A stretch of DNA of 64,000 bases from positions 21,948,001-22,012,000 of the forward strand of contig NC_043014.1 in the NCBI RefSeq assembly GCF_006345805.1, given 5' to 3'. Of the stretch, positions 51,704 through 64,000 are shown piece after piece. This stretch comes from Octopus sinensis. Taxonomy: Eukaryota. Position numbers and translations under genes: made by a program. The first letter of the stretch is position 1. The number at the start of each line of letters is the position of its first letter. The notes beneath the pieces were generated by a model. The model was not told the origin of the DNA. It saw only the letters and a list, made by a program, of their open reading frames with translations, and searched no databases.

Positions 51704-52134
51704 AACACAATCACAGACATAAACAAGGACAAATATAGTCATTAAATAGGACAACAAAACGCTCATTACACACAGACCCATACACACATACTCACACAAA
51801 CACATACGCACACGCTCATAACAAAGGTATAAAAATATATATGTATGCGTGCCTATACATATATGTATATGTGTGTGTGTATATATACATATATATATGC
51901 ATATTACATATACGCATATACATACATACATGCATACACAAGATATATATACATGCACTCATATATACATGCATACATATATGTATATGCATTCATGACA
52001 CATATACAAACAATATGGCAAGTGTATGATTGAGCAGACGACATCGAACACAGCGTAGACGACATTTCATGCAAGCACGCTTGCGCGCACACAAATAGAC
52101 ACACACACATACATTTACACATACACCAACACGT

Positions 52135-52206
<72 letters not shown>

Positions 52207-53142
52207 AAACATACGTCGATCAATGCAGCTACTATTTGATCGAGCAGACGACATTACGAACAGGTGAGTCGCATACAGTTGTCTTCCATCCATTCGTGTG
52301 TCTATGTGCAGGCGTGTGTGCATGTGTACATGCCTGTATGTCTGAGTGTGTGAGGTGTGCGTTTTATGCATATGTGCATTGTATGTATTCTGTGGTTGCA
52401 TGCATGTGTGTGTAGTGGTGCGAATTCGTGTAATTCGTTGCATGCTAACATGTGTCCATATGTACCACGTGTGTGTGCGTGTGTGCGTGTGTGCGTGCGT
52501 GCGTGCGCGTGAAGTATTGTTCAAGGGTGCACGGGTACAAGCAGCTTACATATAATCTGTATAAAAGATGCACAAAGATCATTTACGTATAAATGTATAT
52601 AATATATAGGTGTTCTATGAATTGTTTCTGCATGCTATGTGTACTGTATGTATACATTCATATAAAGTGTATATGTTAATACGCACAATATCTACATGTG
52701 CGTTTGTTTTAGATGTACTGCCTGCGTGTGTGCCAGGTACAATATCTGCACACTCACACACAGACACACACGCGTACACACATACACACACATCTTGCAT
52801 ATGCATGTGCGAGCATATATGCATATATGTATATGTATATATATGTATATATATATATAAAGATACATACTCACACGCATGTGTGTGAGTGCACGTATAT
52901 ACGAATGCATGAAAGCATATGATTTATGTATGGTGTATGTGTGTGTGTGTGTGTGTGTACATATATATATATCACCGTGATCACCGTGACCAACCAGGCT
53001 ATCAGATGTTGCTACACATCGCTGGTCACAATGCGCTTCGCATTGTTTTAGCCTTCAAATAACGCCACCCCGCTGGCTAAGCGAGCAGGCCAACATATAT
53101 ATATATATAGACACAAAAATAAACACATAATATAAATGCAAG

Positions 53143-53240
<98 letters not shown>

Positions 53241-53989
53241 GTTTTAAAAGAAACTTGTATATACACCGATTGTATAATACTGTAGTCTTGAACTACATAT
53301 CGTACTAAATATTGAATAAATATATGCATATATATGCACGAATGTTTGTGGCATATAGATATGTATAGAAAGGAGCGTGTATACACCACAAAATAATACA
53401 TGTATGCACATACATGCACGTATATATACTGTTGCATTGATATAAATATATGCGTGCGGCTCTCTATATATGTGTATCTGTATGTACATATGTTCATGTG
53501 TATATCCCACCACCCACATATATGTATGTAAATATGTATATAAACGTGAATATAAATATATTCTTGTAGCATGAGCAACGTGTATGCATTGTATAAGTGC
53601 AATGAATGCAATATGCATTATATTGTGCGTGCATTGTATATGCAGAATTAGTGGAATATGTATGTATAATGTATGCAAGATACATGCACAGCATATGTGT
53701 CCAGTGCATGTGACGCAAATTGCGTATACAATGAATTACGGTGTATGTCCAGTGCATGTGATACAATCTGTATGTGCAATTTTTACTGTATACGTGAAAG
53801 CTGTGTTGGTGTGTACGCACTATATAATATATATCCTAAAGTGAATGCAGTCATTATGACATGTACACACACACACACACACATACACATGCACGCACAC
53901 ACACATACACACGCAACACACAAATACATGTGTGTGTGTGTATATACATACATACATACATGCATATATACATATAGTATATAATTAAT

Positions 53990-54865
53990 TCTTTTATTAG
54001 CCCCAAGGGCTTACATAAAACATTAAATGAAACACAAACATAAACGACAACACAAGACGATTCAATGGGTTTTCGAATCTAGTATACATTATAAAAAAAT
54101 AATGAAACAAACAAAATAAAACTCCCAATAGGGAGATGTGCTTTAAGGTTCTCCTGGAAACCCCCTCAAAAGCCACAGGTACCTGATCAACAGGGCAAAA
54201 GCCCTTCTTTAATTTCTTTTTTTTTTACAGGTGCATGCTCAGAATTGCTCCTTTCACTCTGGCCATTCTTCCAACATTCACCCATCTTTCAACAAACTTG
54301 CTACAAGGCAACGCTTCCCTCTCCACCCTCAACTTCCTTTTCAAGTGAAACTTGAAAAAGTGGATGGGAGGTTGGTCAAAAAGGAAAGTGTCTGTCTTTT
54401 GCTCTTTCAGACGTGTCCATCTTACTACCTCTTTCGCTAGAGTCACCTGACAAATAAACTGCACGCCCCTCCGGGCCAAAGGTGGGCGGTGAGGCAATCT
54501 TCACTACGGATTTAGCTGATAGCCGGATCCGTCCTACACACGACAGCAGGTGTTTAACATATACCCACAGGTCAGCAATACTCGGGCATTGGATGAGAGC
54601 GTGCAGAACGGTTTCATCATTCTGGGGACACTCGGACAGGCCTGGTTGACGGCACTTCCGTGGCTGTAAAGTTTATCTCGAACAGGAAGCGCTCCTCGGT
54701 AGCACTGGCAGGCAAGGGATTTCTGGAAGTTATCCATAGGCCCAGGCCCGAAAGTTCTCTGAAACAGATCGGTTAGTTGATCTTCGTCGACTCCTACAAT
54801 TTCTCCGAGAACGTCGTTGCACTTCCCCTCCACTAGCCCTCTATTGAACGCCAGAGTGGAACTAC
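53990..54865 (-). mobile_element. 5'-truncated Tx1-clade LINE 3' end
   Basis: FYRGLVEG...[32 protein letters not shown]; RWTRLK...FKFHLKRKLRVER; tail GCCCTTGGGGCTAATAAA. Confidence 0.85.
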
Positions 54866-54924
54866 AGTATATACAATATACATACAATATATACAATATA
54901 TATATATTTAATATATATATATTG

Positions 54925-55029
54925 TAGGAGTGGCTGTGAGGTAAATAGCTTGCTTAGGAACCACATGGTTCCGGATTCAGTCCCATAACGTGGCGCCTTG
55001 GGCAAGGCCGACCAAAGCTTTGTGAGTGG

Positions 55030-55063
<34 letters not shown>

Positions 55064-55300
55064 TTGTGCGCGCGCACGTGTGGTGCGCGTGTGTGTGTGT
55101 GTATATGTTTGTGTGTCTGTGTTTGTTCCCCCAACATCGCTTGACAACCGATGCTGGTGTGTTTACGTCCCGTAACTTAGCGGTCCGGCAAAAGAAACGA
55201 TAGAATAAGTACTAGGCTTACAAAGAATAGGTTCTGGGGTCGATTTGCTCAACTAAAGGCGGTGCTCCAGCATGGCCGCAGTCAAATGACTGAAACACTG
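54925..55300 (+). mobile_element. tRNA-derived SINE (two-part type)
   Basis: GTAGGAGTGGCTGTGAGGTAAATAGCTTGCTTAGGAACCACATGGTTCCGGATTCAGTCCC head, (TG)n linker and second body. Confidence 0.7.
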
Positions 55301-55834
55301 TGCGGCAACTTGGCGAGTATCTTCAACTACAGCCCTGGGTTGACCACTGCCTTCTGAGCGATTTTGGTGGGCGGATACTGTGAATATCATATAATGTATG
55401 TTCTCTTTTGTTTTAATTATTTGAATGCTTCCAGTTAGGAAAGAGCTGGTTTTTAACAAAGATACAAAGAAATAAAGCTTTTGTTACACACAAATGGGTG
55501 GCTAAAATGTTCACTTTTTTTTGCTGCATCGTTCCATGTTCGAGTCTGCATGGGCTCATTCGCAAGTGCATTTGTCATGGCCTCGAGTCTTGACTGAATT
55601 TAGGTAGCAGGAAGCTGCCAGATGAACGACACGCTGATTCTACCCGAAAATTACGTTAAGGGTACATAAGCCTGTGGAATACTAAGCCACTTCGCAGGCT
55701 TACTGAATGAGCAGGATTGTCCAGTTGGCCGTAAAAACTGAACTCACAGAGTTTGATATCGACGTGCGTGCCCAAGATGATGATAATGATGGTCATCTCT
55801 CTCTCTTCTCTCTCTCTCTCTCTCTCCTCTCTCC

Positions 55835-55897
<63 letters not shown>

Positions 55898-55960
55898 CTA
55901 TCTATCTATCTGTCTGTCTATCTGTCTATCTGTCTATCTGTCTGTCTGTCTATCTGTCTG

Positions 55961-56046
<86 letters not shown>

Positions 56047-56082
56047 AGTCTGTCTCTCTGTCTGTCTGTCAGTCTGTCTGTA

Positions 56083-56145
<63 letters not shown>

Positions 56146-56159
56146 ATCTATCTATCTGA

Positions 56160-57320
56160 CCGAACTACAGTCGTGGATCAAAAAGAGGCCGAAGAAGGGC
56201 GAATGGCACCGCGAGTGTCGCGTTGCTCTCAAGCAACTCTGCCGTCCCGGGTCGACCTTGAGTGACTTCAACACAACCAAAGCATTCTATAGGGGATTAG
56301 TGGAGGGGAGGTACGACGACGAGCTCGGGGCAAACCTGGGCGTCGACGAGGAATACCTGACCCGCCTGTTTCAAACGACTTTCGGCCCGGGACCTATGGA
56401 CAACTTCCAGAGATCCCTGGCCTGGCGGTGCTACCGAGAAGCGCTACCCGTTCGGGATAAGCTCTATAGGCATGGCTCGAGAAACACGGGGCCGACCTGC
56501 CCGAGATGCGGGCAGAGCGACGAAACCGCTCTGCACGCAATCGTGCAGTGTCCAGCAATTTCCCACCTGTGGGCTTATGTCGAACGACTGCTGTCACGTG
56601 TGGGACGTGTCGGTTTATCAGCCGAGTCTATCGTTAATATCGTCACGCCTCCTTCCTTCAAACGGGAAGGAAGAGCTATTTTTATCATACTTGTGGCTAT
56701 GGCGAAAGAATGTATCTGGTGGACGCGTCTGAAAGGATTAGAGACAAACACTTTCCTCTCTGGTCAATCTCTCATCAACTTCTTCAAGTATCACTTGAAG
56801 AAAAAAGTGAGAGTAGAGAGGCAAGTTTTGTCTAGTGAATCTTTTAAAAAAAGATGGGTGAATGTAGCAAGGATGGCACGTATGAATGACGAAGCCACCT
56901 TGACTATGATTCTATGAACCGTAAAAATTAATACAGAGAGTTGCTTATTTGCAAAAAAAAAAAAAAAAAGAAATATAACATGTGACTTCATTGACCGAGG
57001 TTACCGTGGTCTTTTCCGTAGGCTTTTCTTTCCACGGGTAAACCTCACCTGTCCTCTCCTTTACACTTCATATTGACATTTCTGTGATAACGATCCCTAT
57101 TGATCAATTTTTTTCCTCTCCCCCTTTTTTTTTTTAACACCCCCCCATTTTTTTGTCCTCTTTCTCTCCTTTTACGATCCCTTTTGATCGACCCCCCCTT
57201 TTTTATTTTATTTTTATTTTTATTTTTATTTTTATTTTTTATTTTTTTAAACCTTCAAAAGAAAAGCTCTACCTTGTAATTTGTTCTATCTGTGTGCAGC
57301 CCTGTGTGGCTAATAAAGAA
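56160..57320 (+). mobile_element. 5'-truncated Tx1-clade LINE inside (TATC)n
   Basis: ORF 56258-56917 with [18 protein letters not shown]; 3' UTR ends CCCTGTGTGGCTAATAAAGAAAC; (TATC)n on both sides. Confidence 0.9.
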
Positions 57321-57323
57321 ACA

Positions 57324-57434
<111 letters not shown>

Positions 57435-57494
57435 AATGGTCAGTATGAAAGACGACACTATTTTAGGCGTAAATCTGTGACCAAAAGAGACAAC

Positions 57495-57789
57495 GAGAGG
57501 TAAGGTGACTTACTTATGTGTTCATTTTCGAACTGTCTGAGGTGACCTTGGTCTTTTTTGTAGGTTTTTCTTTCCAGGGCTACACCTAAACTGTGAACTT
57601 TATTTATATATATATATATATATTATATTTTTATACACCACACAACCCACAGATCCCTATTGATCGAACGTTTTTTTTCTTTCTTTGTGTCCCACCCATC
57701 CCACCTCGAAAAGAAAAAAAAACTCTACATTGTATTTCGTCCATTTTTATTCTGTGTTTAGCCCTGTGTGGCCACAATAAAAAGTTATC
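57495..57789 (+). mobile_element. Tx1-family 3'-UTR fragment
   Basis: Diverged copy of 56990-57320 (GACCGAGGTTACCGTGGTCTTTT..., CCCTATTGATC, CCCTGTGTGGC..AATAAA). Confidence 0.6.
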
Positions 57790-59180
<1,391 letters not shown>

Positions 59181-62100
59181 CTGTCTATGGACGTGCTGTC
59201 ACTTCGGCTCCGAAGGTAATCGTTTATTTTGACTATTTATAGCCCATATTTTGTGTACATTTTTGTAAATAAGGTGTGTAAGGCACCCAACTTTCGTTTG
59301 AGTGCTTTTCCAAGGGAGGAATTCGCCCCTAGGGGCAGTTTCAACCCTATTTAATTTTTGTAATTTCTTTCTCGACATTTTGAAAATGTCAAGAAATTGT
59401 ATTGTAGAACGATGGTCGCGTTCCTTTATCGACCAGCTTTCTCCTAGACTGGAAACGCTAGGAGAAAAAAAGAATTTATGCGCGCAAAGTAAAATCATCA
59501 ATGACTTTGCAATGAACGCTACAACTACTTGTAGTAACAGCCCTGTCACCAACACCACCACTACCAAGAACAACATAGAGACTACTACTGTTACCACCAC
59601 CGCCTTCACCACCACCACCACCACCACCACCGCCGCCACCTCATCCACTACCTCAACTACCAACAACAACAACAATAACAATGACAACAAAAATAAAAAT
59701 TGCGCCACCATTTCGACATCTGCTGCCACGGCTGTCTCTTCTGCCACTGACACCACCACCAACAACAAAAACAACAATAACAACAACAACAATTCCGTTC
59801 AGACCTGTTTTACTCCAACAACAAGAACTGAAGTGAATAAACAAAAGACCACCAAACAAATTGACAAAAGCTGCTCGAATACAGGGATAAATTATGAAAA
59901 TAATTTTCCACCCCCCCCCCTTCCTACTTGCACAATCAAACCAAATACACCAATTTTACCAACTGCAGCCAACAACAACATCACCACCAGCAACAACAAT
60001 AACAAAACAACAACAAATTTCGCCGAGGCGATTAAAGAAAAAACGACAACAGTATATTTTACTGCTCAACAAATAAAAGACACGAACATTACAATAACGG
60101 AAGTAGATGGTATAGTAAAAATAAACGTACCAGAAGAAATATTAGAAGATGAAAAAAAAAGAACAATTATTTATAAAATAATTAATAAGAAAACAAAAAG
60201 TCCAGAGAAGGCTAACACAAGCAAAATAGAAAAATGCTTGAAACCCATCTGGAACTACAAAGACTATGTGACCTGGTGGAACAAGTTCGCACACAAACAA
60301 GTGGTCTTCCACACTGAAGAGTTAGCAAGACGTTTCTCAACGCTAACTCTTCATTCAGATGAACTGACATTAATACCAAGCTATCGTGGACAGAAAGTGA
60401 CTAAGATCACTTTAAACAATGTCCCATAGCTAATAATCTATGGCTAATAATCTATGGCTAATAATCTATGGCTAGTAAAGGCCTTATGTGTGAAAATGAA
60501 AGATTTCACAATTTTAGAAACCACGGTCACGGAGCACAAAAACTGGGTGGGAAAAAAAGTAGAATTTCTACTACATATAAACCAAGAAGACACAAAGAAA
60601 ATACCCACCCAGATATGTGTATCAGAAGACCACAAGTTGTATGTGGTCGTCGATGGCAGAAGACCACGTTGCTACATATGCGGCAGTGAGAAACACCTAA
60701 AAAAAGACTGCAAATCTGCCGCAAGAAAACAACAGCAACAACAACAGCAGCCGGAAAAAACAAATAAACCAGGTTTACTACCCACACCACGTTTTGCACG
60801 AACAGGACTAATCACAGAAAACCAACAAAAAACAAACCTCACCACCAACCAACAACCACACCAACTGCACCAAGAACAGAAGCAACATCACCAACAACAA
60901 CAACCAAGAATAAACCAACTCCCAAACCAAGGACATCTGCCAAAAAGACACTCATCGAAAATGAAGAAACAATTACTACTCCAAATCCCCACAAAATTGA
61001 CACCCCAAACAACACAACAATACCTACAATCACTCAAACACAAAATACCCACACCCCACCTCCAAAACCGCATACACCACAACCAAACGCTCACCAACCA
61101 ACACCAACAACAAAATCAACACAGTCTACAATAGACCCCAATATTTTCCCTCTTCCAAGCTCTGATTCTTCTGATTTGTCATTAGACGAAGAAGACACAG
61201 AAGATTGGCAAATAGCCACAGGGGGGAGAAGAAAAAGGGGAAAAAAAGAAAAGAAAAGATAACAAACAAAGCAGGAAGATACACCACTCCCGAAACAAAA
61301 ACATCCACAGAAAACAAACACATCAACACAAACACACCATCATCAAACCCCCCAACAATGTTGACAGCCATAAACACAAACAACCACGACCTAATGGAAC
61401 ACATTAGGTCAAACACCAACATAACCGAAAACGACATAAAAACAAGTAACCACCCACGCACAACACCACCACAACACATTAAAATAATACACGTAACACA
61501 GAACACATACAGCACCCTGAAATCTCTTTACCCTGATGCAGTAGGGAGATTTCAAAAGTATATACAAAAGCCTCATAGAAGACCGTGAGGTGAAAAACAA
61601 AGGACTTTCGAACAACAAGTAACCTTTTCTCTCTCTCTTTCCTTTTTTGCACTTTCTTTTCGTGTGTAAAACACAATTTTATCGGAACATGCTCAGAATA
61701 GGCAGTATAAATGTACGTGGCTTGGGGTTGCCTCGGAAACAAGGCTACCTGTTAAATGACATCAAGTCACTAAATCTGAATATCATAGCCATCAGTGAGA
61801 CCAGACTCCACAGCTTGCGGGCACTCCAGCACATTTTCGGTACACATTTCAACATTTATTTTTCTCCGTGTCTACCGAGAATGGGCGGAGGTGGCACCGC
61901 GGTGCTTATCCGGAAGAGTCTGGATCTCAAAGTAGGGCAAATTTCCTAGACCCGGAGGGTAGGCTGGTCGTTTTGGATGTCGATGGCAGCAATGAGTGTG
62001 CTTTTCGACTGATAGCAGTTTATGCTCCGTCCTTAACAGGCCGACCAGATTTCTTTCGACGTCTAGAGTCTTTCATGGGAACGTCTCGTCCTTTACTTTT

Positions 62101-64000
62101 AGTGGGGGATTGGAATGCCACCCTGGACACGCATCTAGACTACGTGGGCAGAGATAGCAATAGAAGGGGATGCAAATGCCTCAAAGACCTGCTCAGACGT
62201 TTCTAACTGTCTGACAGGTACCGACTGGACCACCCGAATGTGCCAATGTGGACATGGAGTAACCGCATCGGGTCGTCCAGATCATACTTAGATAGAGTAT
62301 TCTGTAGGACAATAGATAAAAATAGTGTAGGTTGTCCACAATTTCATATAGTCAGTTACACAGATCACAAGTTTGTGACTTGTACACTTGACTTACATAA
62401 GACACATAGGCAGGGTCCTGGTTACTGGAAACTGAACGCGTCTTTTACAGCACGACAGGTTTACAGCACATTAGTTAAGAGAGCTTTGACGGGTACCATC
62501 ATCAACAACAGATGGTGGTATGCCCTAAAAAAAGCAATTAAAGCAGAATCAGTCAGATACAGTAGAGCCCTAGCATTAGACCGAAATAGAATAGAGGGAG
62601 AATTAGTTAAGGTTTTAGAAGAGGCACTTAGAACTGGCATCGCGTCCAACGTGCTGGCGGCGAGATTGGCCCTCGACCAACACCTCAACGCCAAACACGA
62701 GGGATGCGTTGTCAGAGCTAGGATGCGTGCTCTGAGGAACGAAGGAGTTGGAGCCGCCCAAGAGGCCCGAGTGGTGGAGACGCAACGAGGCAACAGAGCC
62801 ACCATCAAGTCTCTTATAGATGAACAGGGGCGCGAATTGCTCGAGCCTAAAAGGATGTGTGGGGCTTTTCAACAACACTTCACCCAACTGTTGGGACAAG
62901 TGGTGGGTCAGAACGCAGAGTGGACTTTAGTGCCTACCTGCATGCCTTGCCACGACTCTCAGCAAGAGAGGTGGAGTCTTGTGAAAGGCCTATCACAGCT
63001 GCGGACGTACAGGATGCGATGGTAGGCTGCGCGAGAGACAAGTCACCAGGCTTGGATGGTCTGCCCTACGAACTTTATTTTCATATGCCAGACTTGTTTG
63101 GAGGCGTCTTGGCAGCTGTCTACTGCAACTGGCAGCAAAACAGGAGTATTCCTGCTTTTGTAAAGCGAGGAGCAGTGGCACTGATTAAGAAAGACCCAAA
63201 CAAGGGGGACGTCATAGATAATTTCAGGCCCATCACTCTGCTCAACGCAGATTTGAAAACTGGAACGTATACTCTTCCGCTTCTTGTGGAAGGGAAACGT
63301 TCCGATGGTTAGGCGATCCATTTGCTGTCAACACCCGCAAAATGGAGGGCTGGGCATGCCGTGGTTGATGATGCGCAGACATGCGCTGAGACTGCGACAT
63401 CTCCGGCGCTTCATAGACAACGGTGAACAGGTGTGGTCGCCTTTTGTGCGGCGCGCTTTCCCGCAGCTCGTCTCCTTGGACGAACTACAGTCATGGATCA
63501 AGCAGAGACCGAGGCTAGGCGAATGGCACCGCGAGTGTCGCGTTGCTCTCAAGCAACTCTGCCGTCCGGGATCGAACTTGTGCGACTCCATCACAACAAA
63601 GGCATTCTATAGAGGATTAGAGGAGGGGAGGTGCGACGACGAACTCGGGCAGAGTCTGGTCGTCGACGAGGAACACCTGACCCACCAGTTCAGGACAACT
63701 TTCGGGCCGGGACCTATGAACAATCACCAAAGATCCCTGGCCTGGCAGTGCTATCGAGAAGCATTACCTGTTCGGGATAAGCTCTACAGACACGGTTCCA
63801 GACACACTGGACCGACTTGCCCGAGATGCGGTCAGAGCGAGGAAACCGTTCTGCACGCACTCGTGCAATGTCCAACCATTTCAGACCTGTGGGCTTATGC
63901 CGAACAGCTGCTGTCACGTGTGGGACGAATCCGCCTATCGGTCGAGTCTATCGTGAGAATTGCTCCGCCCCTTCCCTCAACCGGGAAGGCAAGGCAGTTT
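59181..64000 (+). mobile_element. Tx1-clade LINE with ORF1 and a disrupted ORF2 lacking the RT core; runs off the window
   Basis: Starts at the end of (TATC)n; ORF1 59302-61134 (CYICGSEKHLKKDC), split by a 14-bp triplication at 60429-60470; ORF2 from ~61689 (IGSINVRGL, GDWN); NFRPITLLNADLK is followed almost directly by FRFLWKG. Confidence 0.9.

Noticed and set aside
59302-60429. 375-aa Asn/Thr-rich ORF as a host gene
   Set aside because: It is the low-complexity N-terminal part of a Tx1 ORF1, continuous with the CCHC ORF after a 14-bp triplication.

Overview
Eukaryotic (animal) genomic DNA, most likely an octopus. This is inferred from the tRNA-derived SINE families, which resemble the octopus OK/OR-type SINEs as I recall them, and from the extreme (TA)n/(TATC)n/(TAA)n microsatellite load. 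The only host gene I can support is a minus-strand CFAP68 (C11orf1)-like ciliary gene. Its exon 1 is at 25322-25095 and exon 2 at 5752-5668, separated by a 19.3-kb transposon-filled intron; later exon(s) were not found and probably lie left of the window. An RFX X-box, CCAAT box and CRE sit just upstream of its ATG. The rest is mobile DNA: Tx1-clade LINEs, R4/Dong and RTE LINEs, Penelope-like GIY-YIG fragments, mariner elements and SINEs. The most striking unexplained structure is a young ~488-bp tandem array (33572-36928) embedded in (TA)n. Every unit carries a complete type I hammerhead ribozyme with an unusually long stem II and an adjacent pseudoknot, and the array ends in an inverted block: a candidate retrozyme/circRNA system. 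A second, unrelated ~345-bp hammerhead tandem repeat and four isolated minimal hammerheads are also present. Two divergent ORF1-only Tx1-like elements are inserted at the identical site of one SINE family with 14-15-bp target-site duplications. All RNA structures were folded by eye; none has been computed or tested.
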